A stretch of DNA of 25,756 nt from a virus (IMGVR_UViG_3300010206_000001:1-25756); one strand, 5' to 3'; shown: positions 15,722 to 25,084, counted from the first letter of the stretch. Translations and numbers: made by a program. Notes: generated by a model from the sequence alone, not told the origin.

Positions 15722-16963
15722 TCAGGCGACGCGGATGATTTCGCCGAGCTGGAATTCGCCGAGTTTTTTGCCGTCACCCAATCGAACGACGCGATGCGTC
15801 ACAGTGTTGACCAGCACGGTGTCGCGCAACGCCTTCGCCACGACGATGGCGTCGAGCGCCTGATCGAGCCGGCTCATGTCCGTATCGAGCCGGCTCATGT
15901 CCGTGGGAACGCGAAACCCGTTGCGGAATTTTCCGCCGAAGCCGCGCGCATAAGGACGCTTCATCGGCACTTCGACGGTGAGGATCGCGGTATAGTCCGG
16001 GATGCCGTAGCGCTTGGCGCCGCGATAATATTTGGCCTTAAGCCCGGCGGGCACGGCGGCTGGGTCATGCAGAGCGATCCGGTCGTAGACCCAATATTCC
16101 GCGTCGGTGGCGCGGCGGAACCCGTCGCCACGGAACGCCGGCGCCCATGAGCGGAATCTCTGCGCCGGATAGGCCGCATGGCGCTCCGCGACGCGCACCG
16201 GCTGCACGGTGCGCGGCGTCAGACCGGGCGCGACCGAGATCGCGCTCGGCGCCGCGAGGTCGAAAGCGAGCGTGACGACCGAGCCATCGGCCTGCGTCGG
16301 CTCCCGCCATTCATGCCCGCGAAAACCGCTGGCGCGGAAGCCGCGCACCGTCCGTCCGCCGATGAAGATGCGGCTGACGGCGCGCCCCTCGAAGCCGTCG
16401 ACATTCTCGATCCGCGCCGGCGTTTCCACGCCGTTCTGGCGCAACGTCGCGCGCTTGCCGAGCAGCTTGGGCCCAAGCGAGGCCTCGCGGAAATTGTCGG
16501 AGCGGAACGTCTTCGCCGGCATGCGGAAATCGCGCGGCCCGGCCGGCGTTTTGGTCACGAACGGATAGACGCGGATTTGCGGCAGACGGTCGAGCCAGGC
16601 CTGCCATTCCTCGGCGGTGAAGGCGGGAATGCGGAAACCGCGCGCCGGCGGACGCACGATCGAGCGCACCTCGCAATCGACCAGACCGATATAAGCCTTG
16701 ATCCCGGCGGGCCGCGTCTTTTGCCGCTTCAGCAACAGCGTGTTGGCGACCGTCGTGCGCTGTTTCGCCTCGGGCCAGCTCGCATCCCAGATTTCGAGGC
16801 CGAGCGCCCAGGCGAGATAGGGCAACAGGTCGAGCGGGCAGGTCCACGGATTCCACACCGCTTTGACGAGCTGCGCCGGCAACGGGCGGCGCACCGCCTC
16901 CGTCAGCGACTGCGCGCGCTCCCAGGGCGTCGAATTCGGGGGCAGAAGCGACCGCTCAGCCAT
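15722..16963 (-). CDS. Phage tail protein I (P2 gpI-like N-terminus with long extension)
   Basis: SLLPPNSTPWER, WNPWTCPLDLLPYLAWALGLEIWD...WPEAKQR. Confidence 0.9.
   Translation of the reverse strand: MAERSLLPPNSTPWERAQSLTEAVRRPLPAQLVKAVWNPWTCPLDLLPYLAWALGLEIWDASWPEAKQRTTVANTLLLKRQKTRPAGIKAYIGLVDCEVRSIVRPPARGFRIPAFTAEEWQAWLDRLPQIRVYPFVTKTPAGPRDFRMPAKTFRSDNFREASLGPKLLGKRATLRQNGVETPARIENVDGFEGRAVSRIFIGGRTVRGFRASGFRGHEWREPTQADGSVVTLAFDLAAPSAISVAPGLTPRTVQPVRVAERHAAYPAQRFRSWAPAFRGDGFRRATDAEYWVYDRIALHDPAAVPAGLKAKYYRGAKRYGIPDYTAILTVEVPMKRPYARGFGGKFRNGFRVPTDMSRLDTDMSRLDQALDAIVVAKALRDTVLVNTVTHRVVRLGDGKKLGEFQLGEIIRVA
15863..15904. repeat. Perfect 21-bp tandem duplication in gpI
   Basis: ATCGAGCCGGCTCATGTCCGT x2, encoding TDMSRLD twice in frame. 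Confidence 0.95.
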
Positions 16964-17867
16964 CGACAACCTCCGGGGTGACGGTGATCTGCGCGCAGAC
17001 GGCGACCTGATCCGCCGCAACAGCGATATCGGCCGCGGGCGACAGCAGTTCGAATTTCACCGCCGAAGGCACGCGGCCGGCGGCGATCAGCGCGTCGGTG
17101 GCGACGGCCCACCCCTTCGCCTTGATCTCCTCGGCGGCGGTGTAAAGCCGCTCGGCGGAAAGGTCGCGCGCGAGCGTGATCGAGGGCCCACGCGGCAATT
17201 TCAGACGAACGTCAATCTCGTAAGAAACCGGCGCAACCGAACGGGCCGAAATCACGTCGGTCAGCTGGCCGCCCTTGTCGTCTTCAAGCGCCGCGACCAC
17301 CTTGGCGACCACAGCGTCGGACACCGTGCCGTCGCCGGTGCGGCCTTGAAGGATCAAAGCGATCCGGCCGCCGGCGCTTTTGATCAGCGCGACGCGGCTG
17401 ACTTCGGGGGCGGCCAGCTTGGCGAGATGCGCATAGCCGCCGCCCGTCAGCCCTTCGGCGAGACCCTCCGGCGCGATGCGGACGCGGGCCCGCAACTCAT
17501 CGTCATTCTCATAGACAGCGGCCGTCGGCGGCAACGTCGTCTCATCCGCCGGCGTGATGAGGCGGCGCGTGATGCCGTAGAAGGCGGCGAGCACATCGAG
17601 GTCGGCGCCGCGCGAGAACGGGATCATAACGGCCTTGGCGGCGTCATTGATGGCCGAAAGGTCGAGCGTCTCGAAATACGCCCCTTCTTCCTGAAGGATG
17701 ACGCCCGGGTCGGTTTCGATGGAGCCGACATCGTAGGGGATGCCGGCCGCCGCCAGACGAGCCTGGAGATCGGCGAGCCGCTCGGCCCGGATGGCCTCAT
17801 AAGAAATGGTCTTGATGACGAGCGGCGCCGGCAGCGCTGACAGGTCGATCGTGTCGTAGCGGCTCAT
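16956..17867 (-). CDS. Baseplate assembly protein J (P2 gpJ-like)
   Basis: IDLSALPAP, INDAAKAVM...GADLDVLAAFYGITR, ENDDELRAR. Confidence 0.93.
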   Translation of the reverse strand: MSRYDTIDLSALPAPLVIKTISYEAIRAERLADLQARLAAAGIPYDVGSIETDPGVILQEEGAYFETLDLSAINDAAKAVMIPFSRGADLDVLAAFYGITRRLITPADETTLPPTAAVYENDDELRARVRIAPEGLAEGLTGGGYAHLAKLAAPEVSRVALIKSAGGRIALILQGRTGDGTVSDAVVAKVVAALEDDKGGQLTDVISARSVAPVSYEIDVRLKLPRGPSITLARDLSAERLYTAAEEIKAKGWAVATDALIAAGRVPSAVKFELLSPAADIAVAADQVAVCAQITVTPEVVDG

Positions 17868-17884
17868 TTTGGGGACCGTCAGGC

Positions 17885-18259
17885 TCAGAGCACGAAGTCT
17901 TTTGCGACGGCGACGGTGAAATCGCCTGTCAGGGCGTTAGGCCGATAATCGCCGAACAGGCGGAACCCGAATTTGCCTTGCGCCATTTTGTCGGCGCCGT
18001 TGGTCGAGGCCGGATAAGCAATCTGCCGCACGCGAAAACGCGGCTCCCAAAGCTCAACGGCCAGAATGATGGCCGTGTAGAATCGCGCCAGCGTATCAGG
18101 CGTCAGGTTCTGGCCAAGCAGGCCGGGCACGGCAGACCCGAAAACGCGGCGCATGATCCGGTCGCCGAAGCGCGTCGAGAAAATGACGCCGAGCGATTGC
18201 ATCACATGGGGCCAGCCCTCAAGTGGGCGACCGGTCTGACGATTGAGGCCCAGGCTCAT
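17885..18259 (-). CDS. Baseplate assembly protein W / gp25 family
   Basis: GLNRQTG...HVMQSL..IFSTRFGDRIMRRVFGS...WEPRFRV. Confidence 0.93.
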   Translation of the reverse strand: MSLGLNRQTGRPLEGWPHVMQSLGVIFSTRFGDRIMRRVFGSAVPGLLGQNLTPDTLARFYTAIILAVELWEPRFRVRQIAYPASTNGADKMAQGKFGFRLFGDYRPNALTGDFTVAVAKDFVL

Positions 18260-18801
18260 ACCGGCACGCCCGTCTGACCGGCGCCCGGCTCGACGTCCTT
18301 GTGCTTGTGCGAAGAGCCTATATCGTGATCGTCGTGCTGGACCTTGCCGCCCTTCACGGCAAGGCCACCCTCGGAGACCACGACAGTCACGCCCTTGACG
18401 GCCATCGTAATGGACTTCCCGTCATTCGTGATCTTCACATCCCCGCGCACGTCGACATCTTCGTCCTTGTCCGAGGGCGATGGATTGTCATCCGACCAGC
18501 CGTGCGGAATGCCGAGCGCGCTGCGAAACTCGCCATCAGGCGAAATCATCAGCATCTGCTGCCCCTTGGACGGTGGCGTATGATGCTTCCGCGCGCCGGC
18601 CATCTGGCTGTAGCGAATCCATGGCGATTTGACCGGCTGACCGTCGGGGTCTTCGCCGATTTCCTGCCGATACACCTGCTTTTTCGTATCGACATCCGTG
18701 ACTTTGCCGACGCGGAACATGCGTTCGTGGCGCTTCTCCAGCTCGGCGATGCGCCCGAGCGCCGCCGACAGCGCCTCTTGCAATTCGCGTAGCGGGTCCA
18801 T
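18256..18801 (-). CDS. Baseplate assembly protein V (spike)
   Basis: GKVTDVD, SPWI, PPSKGQQM and C-terminal HKH (HxH) motif followed by GAGQTGVP. Confidence 0.92.
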   Translation of the reverse strand: MDPLRELQEALSAALGRIAELEKRHERMFRVGKVTDVDTKKQVYRQEIGEDPDGQPVKSPWIRYSQMAGARKHHTPPSKGQQMLMISPDGEFRSALGIPHGWSDDNPSPSDKDEDVDVRGDVKITNDGKSITMAVKGVTVVVSEGGLAVKGGKVQHDDHDIGSSHKHKDVEPGAGQTGVPV

Positions 18802-19568
18802 CAAAACGGCTCCATCGGCGTCGGCTCGCCGGCCTGCATAGTGACGGTCGGCTCGCTGCCGTCCGCGTCTTCAAGCGTCGCCTGATCCATGAGAGGCGGC
18901 GCGGACCCGTCGGCGGCGAGCGATCCGAGACCGAGGGCGGCCAGCGTCCGGTTTGACACGCCGAGCGTCGCTGCGAGCGCCGGAAACTCAGCCATCCCGC
19001 TGCGGATCGCCGCTTCGATCAGGTCGGCGACCGAAGACAGTTCGCCGCCGGAGGCGCGCATTTGCGCCAAAAGGTCTGCCCATGCCTGCGTCGGCTCGCC
19101 GAACAGCGGCGACGCGAGCGCGGAAATCGTGAGCCCCACGACCTGCGCGGCGACTTTCACGCCTTTTTCCGTCTCGAAAAGCGGCATGGAAAACATTTCG
19201 CCGTCAAGATCGAGGCGGAATTGCTCCCAAAGCGCGCCCCAAGCGCCAGAGGACGGCGCCAGGGCGGCTTCGATCTCGCGCCACACGAACCACAGCGCGG
19301 CCGATCCATGCAGCATTTGCGCCGCCGGCGATGCCGCAATCTCGGCGTCGACCGGCGCGAACATTTCAACGCGCATCACGCAATTGAACACGCCATCCCC
19401 GAAACCGCCGCGCGGCTTACCGCTCGCGCGTTCGATGAACAGGCAGACGGTTTTTTGCGTAATTTCGACAGCGGCGTCGGGCTGTTGGCGCACGATGACG
19501 TCGGAACCGAAGCGCGCGCGCAGCGCCTGCGTCGCGATGATCAGGAGGGCGAGGCCGGGGAGTCCCAT
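18801..19568 (-). CDS. Hypothetical neck/tail-completion region protein
   Basis: Position between head and baseplate genes; TGATG overlap with V; function not recognised. Confidence 0.7.
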   Translation of the reverse strand: MGLPGLALLIIATQALRARFGSDVIVRQQPDAAVEITQKTVCLFIERASGKPRGGFGDGVFNCVMRVEMFAPVDAEIAASPAAQMLHGSAALWFVWREIEAALAPSSGAWGALWEQFRLDLDGEMFSMPLFETEKGVKVAAQVVGLTISALASPLFGEPTQAWADLLAQMRASGGELSSVADLIEAAIRSGMAEFPALAATLGVSNRTLAALGLGSLAADGSAPPLMDQATLEDADGSEPTVTMQAGEPTPMEPF

Positions 19569-19570
19569 GG

Positions 19571-19963
19571 TCAAGCCTTGATGAGAGATAGCTCGACGCG
19601 GCCGAGTCCGTCAGGCTCGACCGACTTGACGACATAGACCGGCTCGCCGGCCTGCTCGGCGGCTTGGAGCCTCCAGCCTTCTTTTGGCATGGGCCTTTCA
19701 CCGAGCGCCGAGGCGGCAAAATCGAACTTCACGGCCTGCATGATTGTGTCCGCGCGGGCCCCGGTCACTGCCGCAGATCCCTGAACGCGCTGAATGCGGG
19801 TCGGGATGTCTAGAATGCCGAACAACTCGTATGACGGCGTGGCCGGGTCCGGCGCGCCAGCGAGCATGTCGCCGGCGAGCCAGGGTTTGATTGTGACGCG
19901 CTCGCCGAATTCGCGATCCATCCGGGGCTGGCGCGCGGCAAGGCGGCGGGCGTAGGCGGTCAT
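19571..19963 (-). CDS. Putative head-tail joining protein (130 aa)
   Basis: True start likely ATG 19963 (TGATG overlap with capsid stop): MTAYARR...DREFGERV...YVVKSVEPDGLGRVELSL. Confidence 0.75.
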   Translation of the reverse strand: MTAYARRLAARQPRMDREFGERVTIKPWLAGDMLAGAPDPATPSYELFGILDIPTRIQRVQGSAAVTGARADTIMQAVKFDFAASALGERPMPKEGWRLQAAEQAGEPVYVVKSVEPDGLGRVELSLIKA

Positions 19964-20988
19964 CAGAGGCTTGCGACCAGCTTGCGGAGGGCGGCCGGGC
20001 GCGTGCAGTACGACAGCGGATTGGTCTGCATTTCCAGACGCACGCCCTTGTTGTTGTCGCTCGGGATCGCCTTTGCATAACGCGGAAGGCCGATGGTGTT
20101 GACCGTCTCCATGTAATCCGCCGGCGCAAAGACCGTGCGGAAGAAGTTCGGCACGCCGAGCGGGAACAGGCGCGCCTCGCCGGTCGCGATGAACGGCGTG
20201 ACGTTGCCGGTCCCGTCGTTGTTCGGGACATAGCCCTTGTAGTTCTCGAAGACGATGCCGCCATAGGTCAGCGTCTGATAGGCAATGCCGTTTCGGAGCT
20301 GCTGACCTTCCTGGTAGAGATAGGTCTTTTCGACGTCCGGATGGGTGATCAGCGCATCCCAGAAAGAATCGCCGCACAGGGCGTAGATGCCGCTGTAGGC
20401 GATGCCGCCGAGGCTCTTGGCGACATCGCGGACGATGGCGGCGCAAGTCTTGCGGGGCTTGTCGGTGGCGGTCAGGCCGAACGTCACATCCGCAGCGGCC
20501 GAAATGCCGAATTCGGAATACAGGTCATAGACCGTGTTCCCTGCGGCGTCGAGGATCACGCCTTTGACGGCGCCGATGCGCTGGTGTTCGAGCGTCGCGT
20601 CGAAGTTCGGCGTGATTTCGCCCATGCGCTGGCCAAGATAGGTTTCGACCGTGCGCGGCTGAGCCGGCGTGCCAAACTCTCGGATATTCTGCACTTCCTC
20701 GGCGAGAATATAGTCGTCGATTTGAAAGTGCGAGGTCGCGAGCTTGCGCGCATTGCGCAAGATTTTCGGCCGAGCTTCGCCAGGGCCGCCGCGGCGGGTC
20801 GGCGAGATCAGCGAAAGATAGCCGTCCTTGGCCTCGATCGCGACGTCGGTCGTGATGATGCCGGTTTCGGGGAACAAGCCCAGCTCGCCGATGCGCCCAG
20901 GGACAAAAGGCAGGTTGTTGATACTGTCGGTGAGCGACACGAACGAAAAGGCGCTCGTGTCGAAGACGTTGAGAATAAGGTCGGGCAT
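19963..20988 (-). CDS. Major capsid protein (lambda gpE family)
   Basis: AFSFVSLTDSINNLPFVPGRIGELGLF, TLEHQRIGAVKG, FAPADYMETVNTIGLPRY, QTNPLSYCTRP. Confidence 0.95.
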   Translation of the reverse strand: MPDLILNVFDTSAFSFVSLTDSINNLPFVPGRIGELGLFPETGIITTDVAIEAKDGYLSLISPTRRGGPGEARPKILRNARKLATSHFQIDDYILAEEVQNIREFGTPAQPRTVETYLGQRMGEITPNFDATLEHQRIGAVKGVILDAAGNTVYDLYSEFGISAAADVTFGLTATDKPRKTCAAIVRDVAKSLGGIAYSGIYALCGDSFWDALITHPDVEKTYLYQEGQQLRNGIAYQTLTYGGIVFENYKGYVPNNDGTGNVTPFIATGEARLFPLGVPNFFRTVFAPADYMETVNTIGLPRYAKAIPSDNNKGVRLEMQTNPLSYCTRPAALRKLVASL

Positions 20989-20998
20989 TGACGGCTCC

Positions 20999-21673
20999 TC
21001 AGCGCGCGATGATCATGGACGACGCGAGCTGAGCCAGGCCGGCGGTCTTGGCGGCAGCGTTGTCGGTGCTTTTCCAGATGAGAGCGGACGAACGCACCTC
21101 GGCATGGCGGGCGACTGAAACGCCCTTCGCGTCCGCCAAAGTGGCGTCGATACGGTCGTAAAGGACGCCGGCGGCGACCTGTGACCCATCGACGGCGGCA
21201 GCGTCGCGCAGCGCGAATTTGCCCGAGCCGGCGGCGACGGTGATGTCGAAGCCATCCCCGACGATGAAGTCGGCGCTGTGGATCGTCGTGACCTTGAACT
21301 TGATCTGGTTCGAAAAAGTCGCGCCGATGGTGATAGCGGACACGATGTCGCCGATAACGCGGCCGTCGGGGCCGGTCACGCGAAACGTCCCGGCATCCGT
21401 GGCGGCGGCGATGCATCGCACCGAATAAACGCCGACCTGAGCATTGGCCAGAATCGGCGTCGTGGCGTCGAGAACAAGCGTCCCCGTGCCGGTGTTGCCT
21501 CCGCTTTTGACGGCGGATGAAGCCGCGCCGAGGGTGATCTTGCCCAGAACCGCGCCGGGCTTCAGGACGCCCTGGCCAGAAGCGACGGTGATATTGTCGC
21601 GCGAAAGGTTGCCGTCGTCGTCGATCGAGAGGATGAACGACCCGGCGTGCGGCTCTTCGTAAAAGATGGTCAT
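20999..21673 (-). CDS. Head decoration protein (lambda gpD-like, long form)
   Basis: SRDNITVASG...GAVLGKIT...DGSQVAAGVLY...ARHAEV, with a central Gly/Thr-rich insert; between protease and capsid. Confidence 0.88.
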   Translation of the reverse strand: MTIFYEEPHAGSFILSIDDDGNLSRDNITVASGQGVLKPGAVLGKITLGAASSAVKSGGNTGTGTLVLDATTPILANAQVGVYSVRCIAAATDAGTFRVTGPDGRVIGDIVSAITIGATFSNQIKFKVTTIHSADFIVGDGFDITVAAGSGKFALRDAAAVDGSQVAAGVLYDRIDATLADAKGVSVARHAEVRSSALIWKSTDNAAAKTAGLAQLASSMIIAR

Positions 21674-21691
21674 GTGCGGAGGCTCCTGCGA

Positions 21692-22102
21692 TCAGTTGCG
21701 ACGGCTGGCCGCAGCACGGCGGGCGTAAATGTCGGCGGCGTCGATGGTCTTGGGCGGCGTCACGGCGGCGTTGCGCTCACCGCCCGGCCCGAGCGAGGCC
21801 GGTTTGTGAATGGACATCGCGGCGGCCAGCGGCGAGGCCGGCGGCGCGGCGGCTTCTTCGGCCGACGCGGACAGCGCGGCGCGCGCGTCGTCGGCGCTCA
21901 TGCCGGTCTTGAAAGCGAAATGACGCGCGAGCGAACCGCGGCCCTTGGCCTCTTCGCTGTCCAGAATGGCCAAAACGCGAGCGCGCTCGGCGGCGGTCGC
22001 CTGTTCGGACGCCTCGCGGCGGGCCGAAGCCAGCGCCGCTTCGTGCTGCGCCTTGGTAAAGACCGGATCATTGGCGCCGGTCGCGCCCTGGTTGTCGCTC
22101 AT
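21692..22102 (-). CDS. Nested in-frame scaffold protein (lambda Nu3-like, 136 aa)
   Basis: Internal AAGGAG (22108-22113) 5 nt before in-frame ATG 22102; Ala-rich helical AERARVLAILDSEEAKGR segment. Confidence 0.7.
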   Translation of the reverse strand: MSDNQGATGANDPVFTKAQHEAALASARREASEQATAAERARVLAILDSEEAKGRGSLARHFAFKTGMSADDARAALSASAEEAAAPPASPLAAAMSIHKPASLGPGGERNAAVTPPKTIDAADIYARRAAASRRN

Positions 22103-22954
22103 CGGAACTCCTTTGCGAGCGAGGACGCGCCCGGGACGGACGCTGGAAAGCGAGAGAACGCTGTCGAGTGAGCCGATACGGTCGGCCAGACCTTCCTTGA
22201 CCGCCGTTTGCGCGTCGAACATGCGCGCCTCGGTGGACATGGCTTTCGCGGCGTCAAACTTCCCGCCACGACCGCCACCCACGGCGTTCGCGAACGCGAG
22301 ACGCAGTCGGTCAATGTCGGCTTGGATATCGGCGCGCGAGGCTTCCGACAGCGGCTCATACGGATTGCCGTCGACCTTGTGCCGGCCGGCATGGATGAGC
22401 GAAATGGACAAGCCCATCTTTTCCAGAGCCGCACTCATGTCGACGTGCATGGCGACGACGCCAATCGACCCGACTTCGGAAAGAGGCGAGAGCACGATCT
22501 CATTGGCTTGAGACGCCAGCCAATAAGCGGCGCTGGCGGCCATGCCCTCGACCATGGCGCAAACCGGCTTGGCCGACTTCGCGTCAGCGATAGCCGCCGC
22601 CGCATTGTCGACACCCGCCACCATGCCGCCCGGCGAATTGATCGCCAGCACGATGCGCGAGACCTTTGGATCGGAGGTCGCCCGGCGCAACTCGGCGCGG
22701 AAGCCCTCATAAGAAGTCACGCCCCAAGCCGAACCGACGAAAGGCCCATCGGTGATGAGTGAGCCGCGAACAGGGATGATGGCAGCGCCATTCTCGACGC
22801 GATAGCCGCGCCATTGGTCCGGGTCACGCTCGCCGCGCATGGTCGTGTCGGCGTGCGGCGCAGCGCGCATATAGTCCGCGATCAGCGCGCCGAGGTGCGC
22901 CTCATGGACCAGCGCGACGCGGCCAAGCGCGTTGGTGAAAACCGGGTCCGTCAT
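21692..22954 (-). CDS. S49 family prohead protease (lambda gpC-like)
   Basis: IIPVRGSL, INSPGG, AASAAYWLAS, VGSIGVV, GRHKVDGNPYEPLS, GLADRI. Confidence 0.95.
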   Translation of the reverse strand: MTDPVFTNALGRVALVHEAHLGALIADYMRAAPHADTTMRGERDPDQWRGYRVENGAAIIPVRGSLITDGPFVGSAWGVTSYEGFRAELRRATSDPKVSRIVLAINSPGGMVAGVDNAAAAIADAKSAKPVCAMVEGMAASAAYWLASQANEIVLSPLSEVGSIGVVAMHVDMSAALEKMGLSISLIHAGRHKVDGNPYEPLSEASRADIQADIDRLRLAFANAVGGGRGGKFDAAKAMSTEARMFDAQTAVKEGLADRIGSLDSVLSLSSVRPGRVLARKGVPMSDNQGATGANDPVFTKAQHEAALASARREASEQATAAERARVLAILDSEEAKGRGSLARHFAFKTGMSADDARAALSASAEEAAAPPASPLAAAMSIHKPASLGPGGERNAAVTPPKTIDAADIYARRAAASRRN

Positions 22955-24618
22955 TCCTGCCTGTCCTTCCGCGGCTTGGCGGGCGCCTGATCGTCATCAG
23001 CCGGCATGGCCGCGAGCTGCTTCGCCGCCTGTTGCGGGACGGCCGCCGGCAGGCCAAGCGCCTCGCGCATCTTGGTTTCGCGCGCGGTCTGGATCAGCAC
23101 TTCGACCCAGTCTTTGCCCTGTTCGGCGCATTCGTCTTCGAGCGTGGAAAGGCCCGCCTCGATCCGAGCTATGGCCGCCAACGCTTCCTTCTGCGGGTCG
23201 ACCCAGCCGCGGCCGGGGCCAATCCATTTTGACGCAACGTAGGCTGTCTTCGCCGCGTAAAACGACGGCGCGCCCTTTGGCAGTTTCACATCGCCCTTGT
23301 CGATCGCTTCCTCAAGCCAAGCCGAGAAGATCGGCTGAGCGAAAGACGCTGCGAAATTCTCTTTGCGGGCCGTGAACCCGCGCCAGATTTCGATGAGGGC
23401 GGCCCGCGCAGACGAATAATTCACCTGCGACCAGTCCATCGACATCTGTTCGTAGGTCACGCCGATGGCGGTCGCGATGTTGCGCAGGACGGTCCGTTCG
23501 AACGCCTCGAAAACACTGTTCGGATGGTTCGGGTTGGTCAGCTCGACCTTTTCGCCCGACGCCAGGAAGTTGACCTTGACGCCCGGGACGGAGATCGGCG
23601 CGGCCTCATGCCACTCGCGGCGCTGGTTCTGATAGGCGGACAGGCTCCCTTCGTCGCTCATCGCTTCAGCAAGCTGCTCGCCGTCGAATGGCGACGTGAT
23701 GAATGCAGCCATAACCGCATTCAGGATCGCCGCCTGAAGCTCCGCCTCGTCATACCGGCCGAGCATCCTGATCTTCTTCAGGATCGGCGCAAGCGGAGAA
23801 ATTCCGCGGAACTGGCCCGCCGCCTGCTTCTCGAAGGCGTGGACCATGACCGGTCGCCCCCAAGGTGTGCGGCGCGGAATGCGCTCCCAGGTCCAGACCT
23901 TGAGGTTCGCGAAATAGGCTTCGCCCGGGTGGGCGCCGCGCACCCAGTAGGCGACGGGCTCACCGCGCGAGCGGCCGGCGGCGTCCATGTCCAATTCCAC
24001 GCCGCCGCGCAGCGCATAATGATCAGGCGCGTTGTTCTGGTTCGACAGTCGGTCGGGGTGAACGACTTGCACGGCCGTCGCATAGGCCCAATCACGTTCG
24101 ACCCAATCGATCTGAGCCAGCGCCTCGCCGTCCCAAATCCGATGCCGGAACGCCAGCGCCAGGATGCCGCCGAAGTTCATCTGGCCGCCCGCATCGCAAG
24201 TGAAGTCGACGCATTCGGCCCAAAGTTTGAATTTTGCCTCGATTTGGTCGGCAAGTTCCGCCGCCGCGTCGGGATCTATGCCAAGAGCGCGCGCGTTGGG
24301 CTTGGACGAAAGCCGCCAGCTCGCGCCGATAACCGCGTCGACGATGCGCGCCACGCCGCCCGAGGCCCAGCCGTCGTTTCGCGCGAGGTCGTGGATGCGC
24401 GCCGACAGGATGTTGCGGTCGGCGGCGATGGCGACTTGCGGCGCCGGGTTCCACGCCGACCATGTCGAAAGTTCCGGATCGGTCAGCGACGCGCCATGAA
24501 ACGCGCGGCCCATGCCCCAACCGAACATGCCAGCAGCAGACGCACCCGCGCGCGGACGCGCCGGGAGAGCGCGCGGCAACGGATCGCCGGTCGGGCCGAG
24601 GATCGCAGGGGCTGTCAT
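22951..24618 (-). CDS. Portal protein, lambda family
   Basis: ARIHDLARNDGWASG, HPDRLSN, GQFRGI, DWSQVNYSSARAAL, WIGPGRGWVDPQKE. Confidence 0.96.
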   Translation of the reverse strand: MTAPAILGPTGDPLPRALPARPRAGASAAGMFGWGMGRAFHGASLTDPELSTWSAWNPAPQVAIAADRNILSARIHDLARNDGWASGGVARIVDAVIGASWRLSSKPNARALGIDPDAAAELADQIEAKFKLWAECVDFTCDAGGQMNFGGILALAFRHRIWDGEALAQIDWVERDWAYATAVQVVHPDRLSNQNNAPDHYALRGGVELDMDAAGRSRGEPVAYWVRGAHPGEAYFANLKVWTWERIPRRTPWGRPVMVHAFEKQAAGQFRGISPLAPILKKIRMLGRYDEAELQAAILNAVMAAFITSPFDGEQLAEAMSDEGSLSAYQNQRREWHEAAPISVPGVKVNFLASGEKVELTNPNHPNSVFEAFERTVLRNIATAIGVTYEQMSMDWSQVNYSSARAALIEIWRGFTARKENFAASFAQPIFSAWLEEAIDKGDVKLPKGAPSFYAAKTAYVASKWIGPGRGWVDPQKEALAAIARIEAGLSTLEDECAEQGKDWVEVLIQTARETKMREALGLPAAVPQQAAKQLAAMPADDDQAPAKPRKDRQE

Positions 24619-24855
24619 TTAGAACGCAATTCTCCGGCCGCGCGGGCGGCCCTGAACGGTCAGATCGCCGGCCGCGCGAAGCTGGCCGCGCAGGTCGTTG
24701 ATGTAGGCGCGCAGATTGCCGATGGTGGCCGGGCTGAATTCCGTCCACTTCTCACCGTGGCGAAGGCGCGTGACGCCGCCATTCACGGTCACCTCGTGCA
24801 GCGCCTGCTCAGCCTCGGCGAGCCATTGGCGGATCGTATCGATGTCAGTCGCCAT
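24619..24855 (-). CDS. Head-tail joining protein (lambda gpW-like)
   Basis: LAEAEQALHE...EFSPATIGNLRAYINDL; just upstream of portal; start ATG 24855. Confidence 0.85.
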   Translation of the reverse strand: MATDIDTIRQWLAEAEQALHEVTVNGGVTRLRHGEKWTEFSPATIGNLRAYINDLRGQLRAAGDLTVQGRPRGRRIAF

Positions 24856-25081
24856 CGACAGGAGCCTCGACATAATCAGCGGCGGCCTCGCCTTCGGCTT
24901 CCGGCTCCTCTGGCGCAGGTTCAGCGGCGGGCGCCGGCGCTTCCACCGGCGCGGACGCCTCAACGGGATCGGCGGCCAGCAGCAATTCAGCGGCGCGCGT
25001 CAGTAGCACGCGATCATGATGAAAATCGCCATTGGCGGCCAGCCCGGTCAGATAGGCGGCAAGTTCAGCGTGTTCGCTCAC
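24845..25081 (-). CDS. Small acidic Pro/Ala-rich hypothetical protein (78 aa)
   Basis: GGGAG SD before GTG; fills the terminase-gpW gap. Confidence 0.65.
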   Translation of the reverse strand: MSEHAELAAYLTGLAANGDFHHDRVLLTRAAELLLAADPVEASAPVEAPAPAAEPAPEEPEAEGEAAADYVEAPVDGD

Positions 25082-25084
25082 GTA

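Noticed and set aside
14315-16150. 611-aa plus-strand ORF
   Set aside because: Antisense shadow of the 760-aa gene and gpI.
1863-18801. Reading the tail module as a stand-alone tailocin or extracellular contractile injection system
   Set aside because: A full head module is directly adjacent and co-oriented, so it is a prophage by origin; tail-only function stays speculative.
19964-20446. N-terminal extension of the ORF-track call 19571..20446
   Set aside because: Overlaps the capsid gene in another frame; ATG 19963 with a TGATG overlap is the better start.
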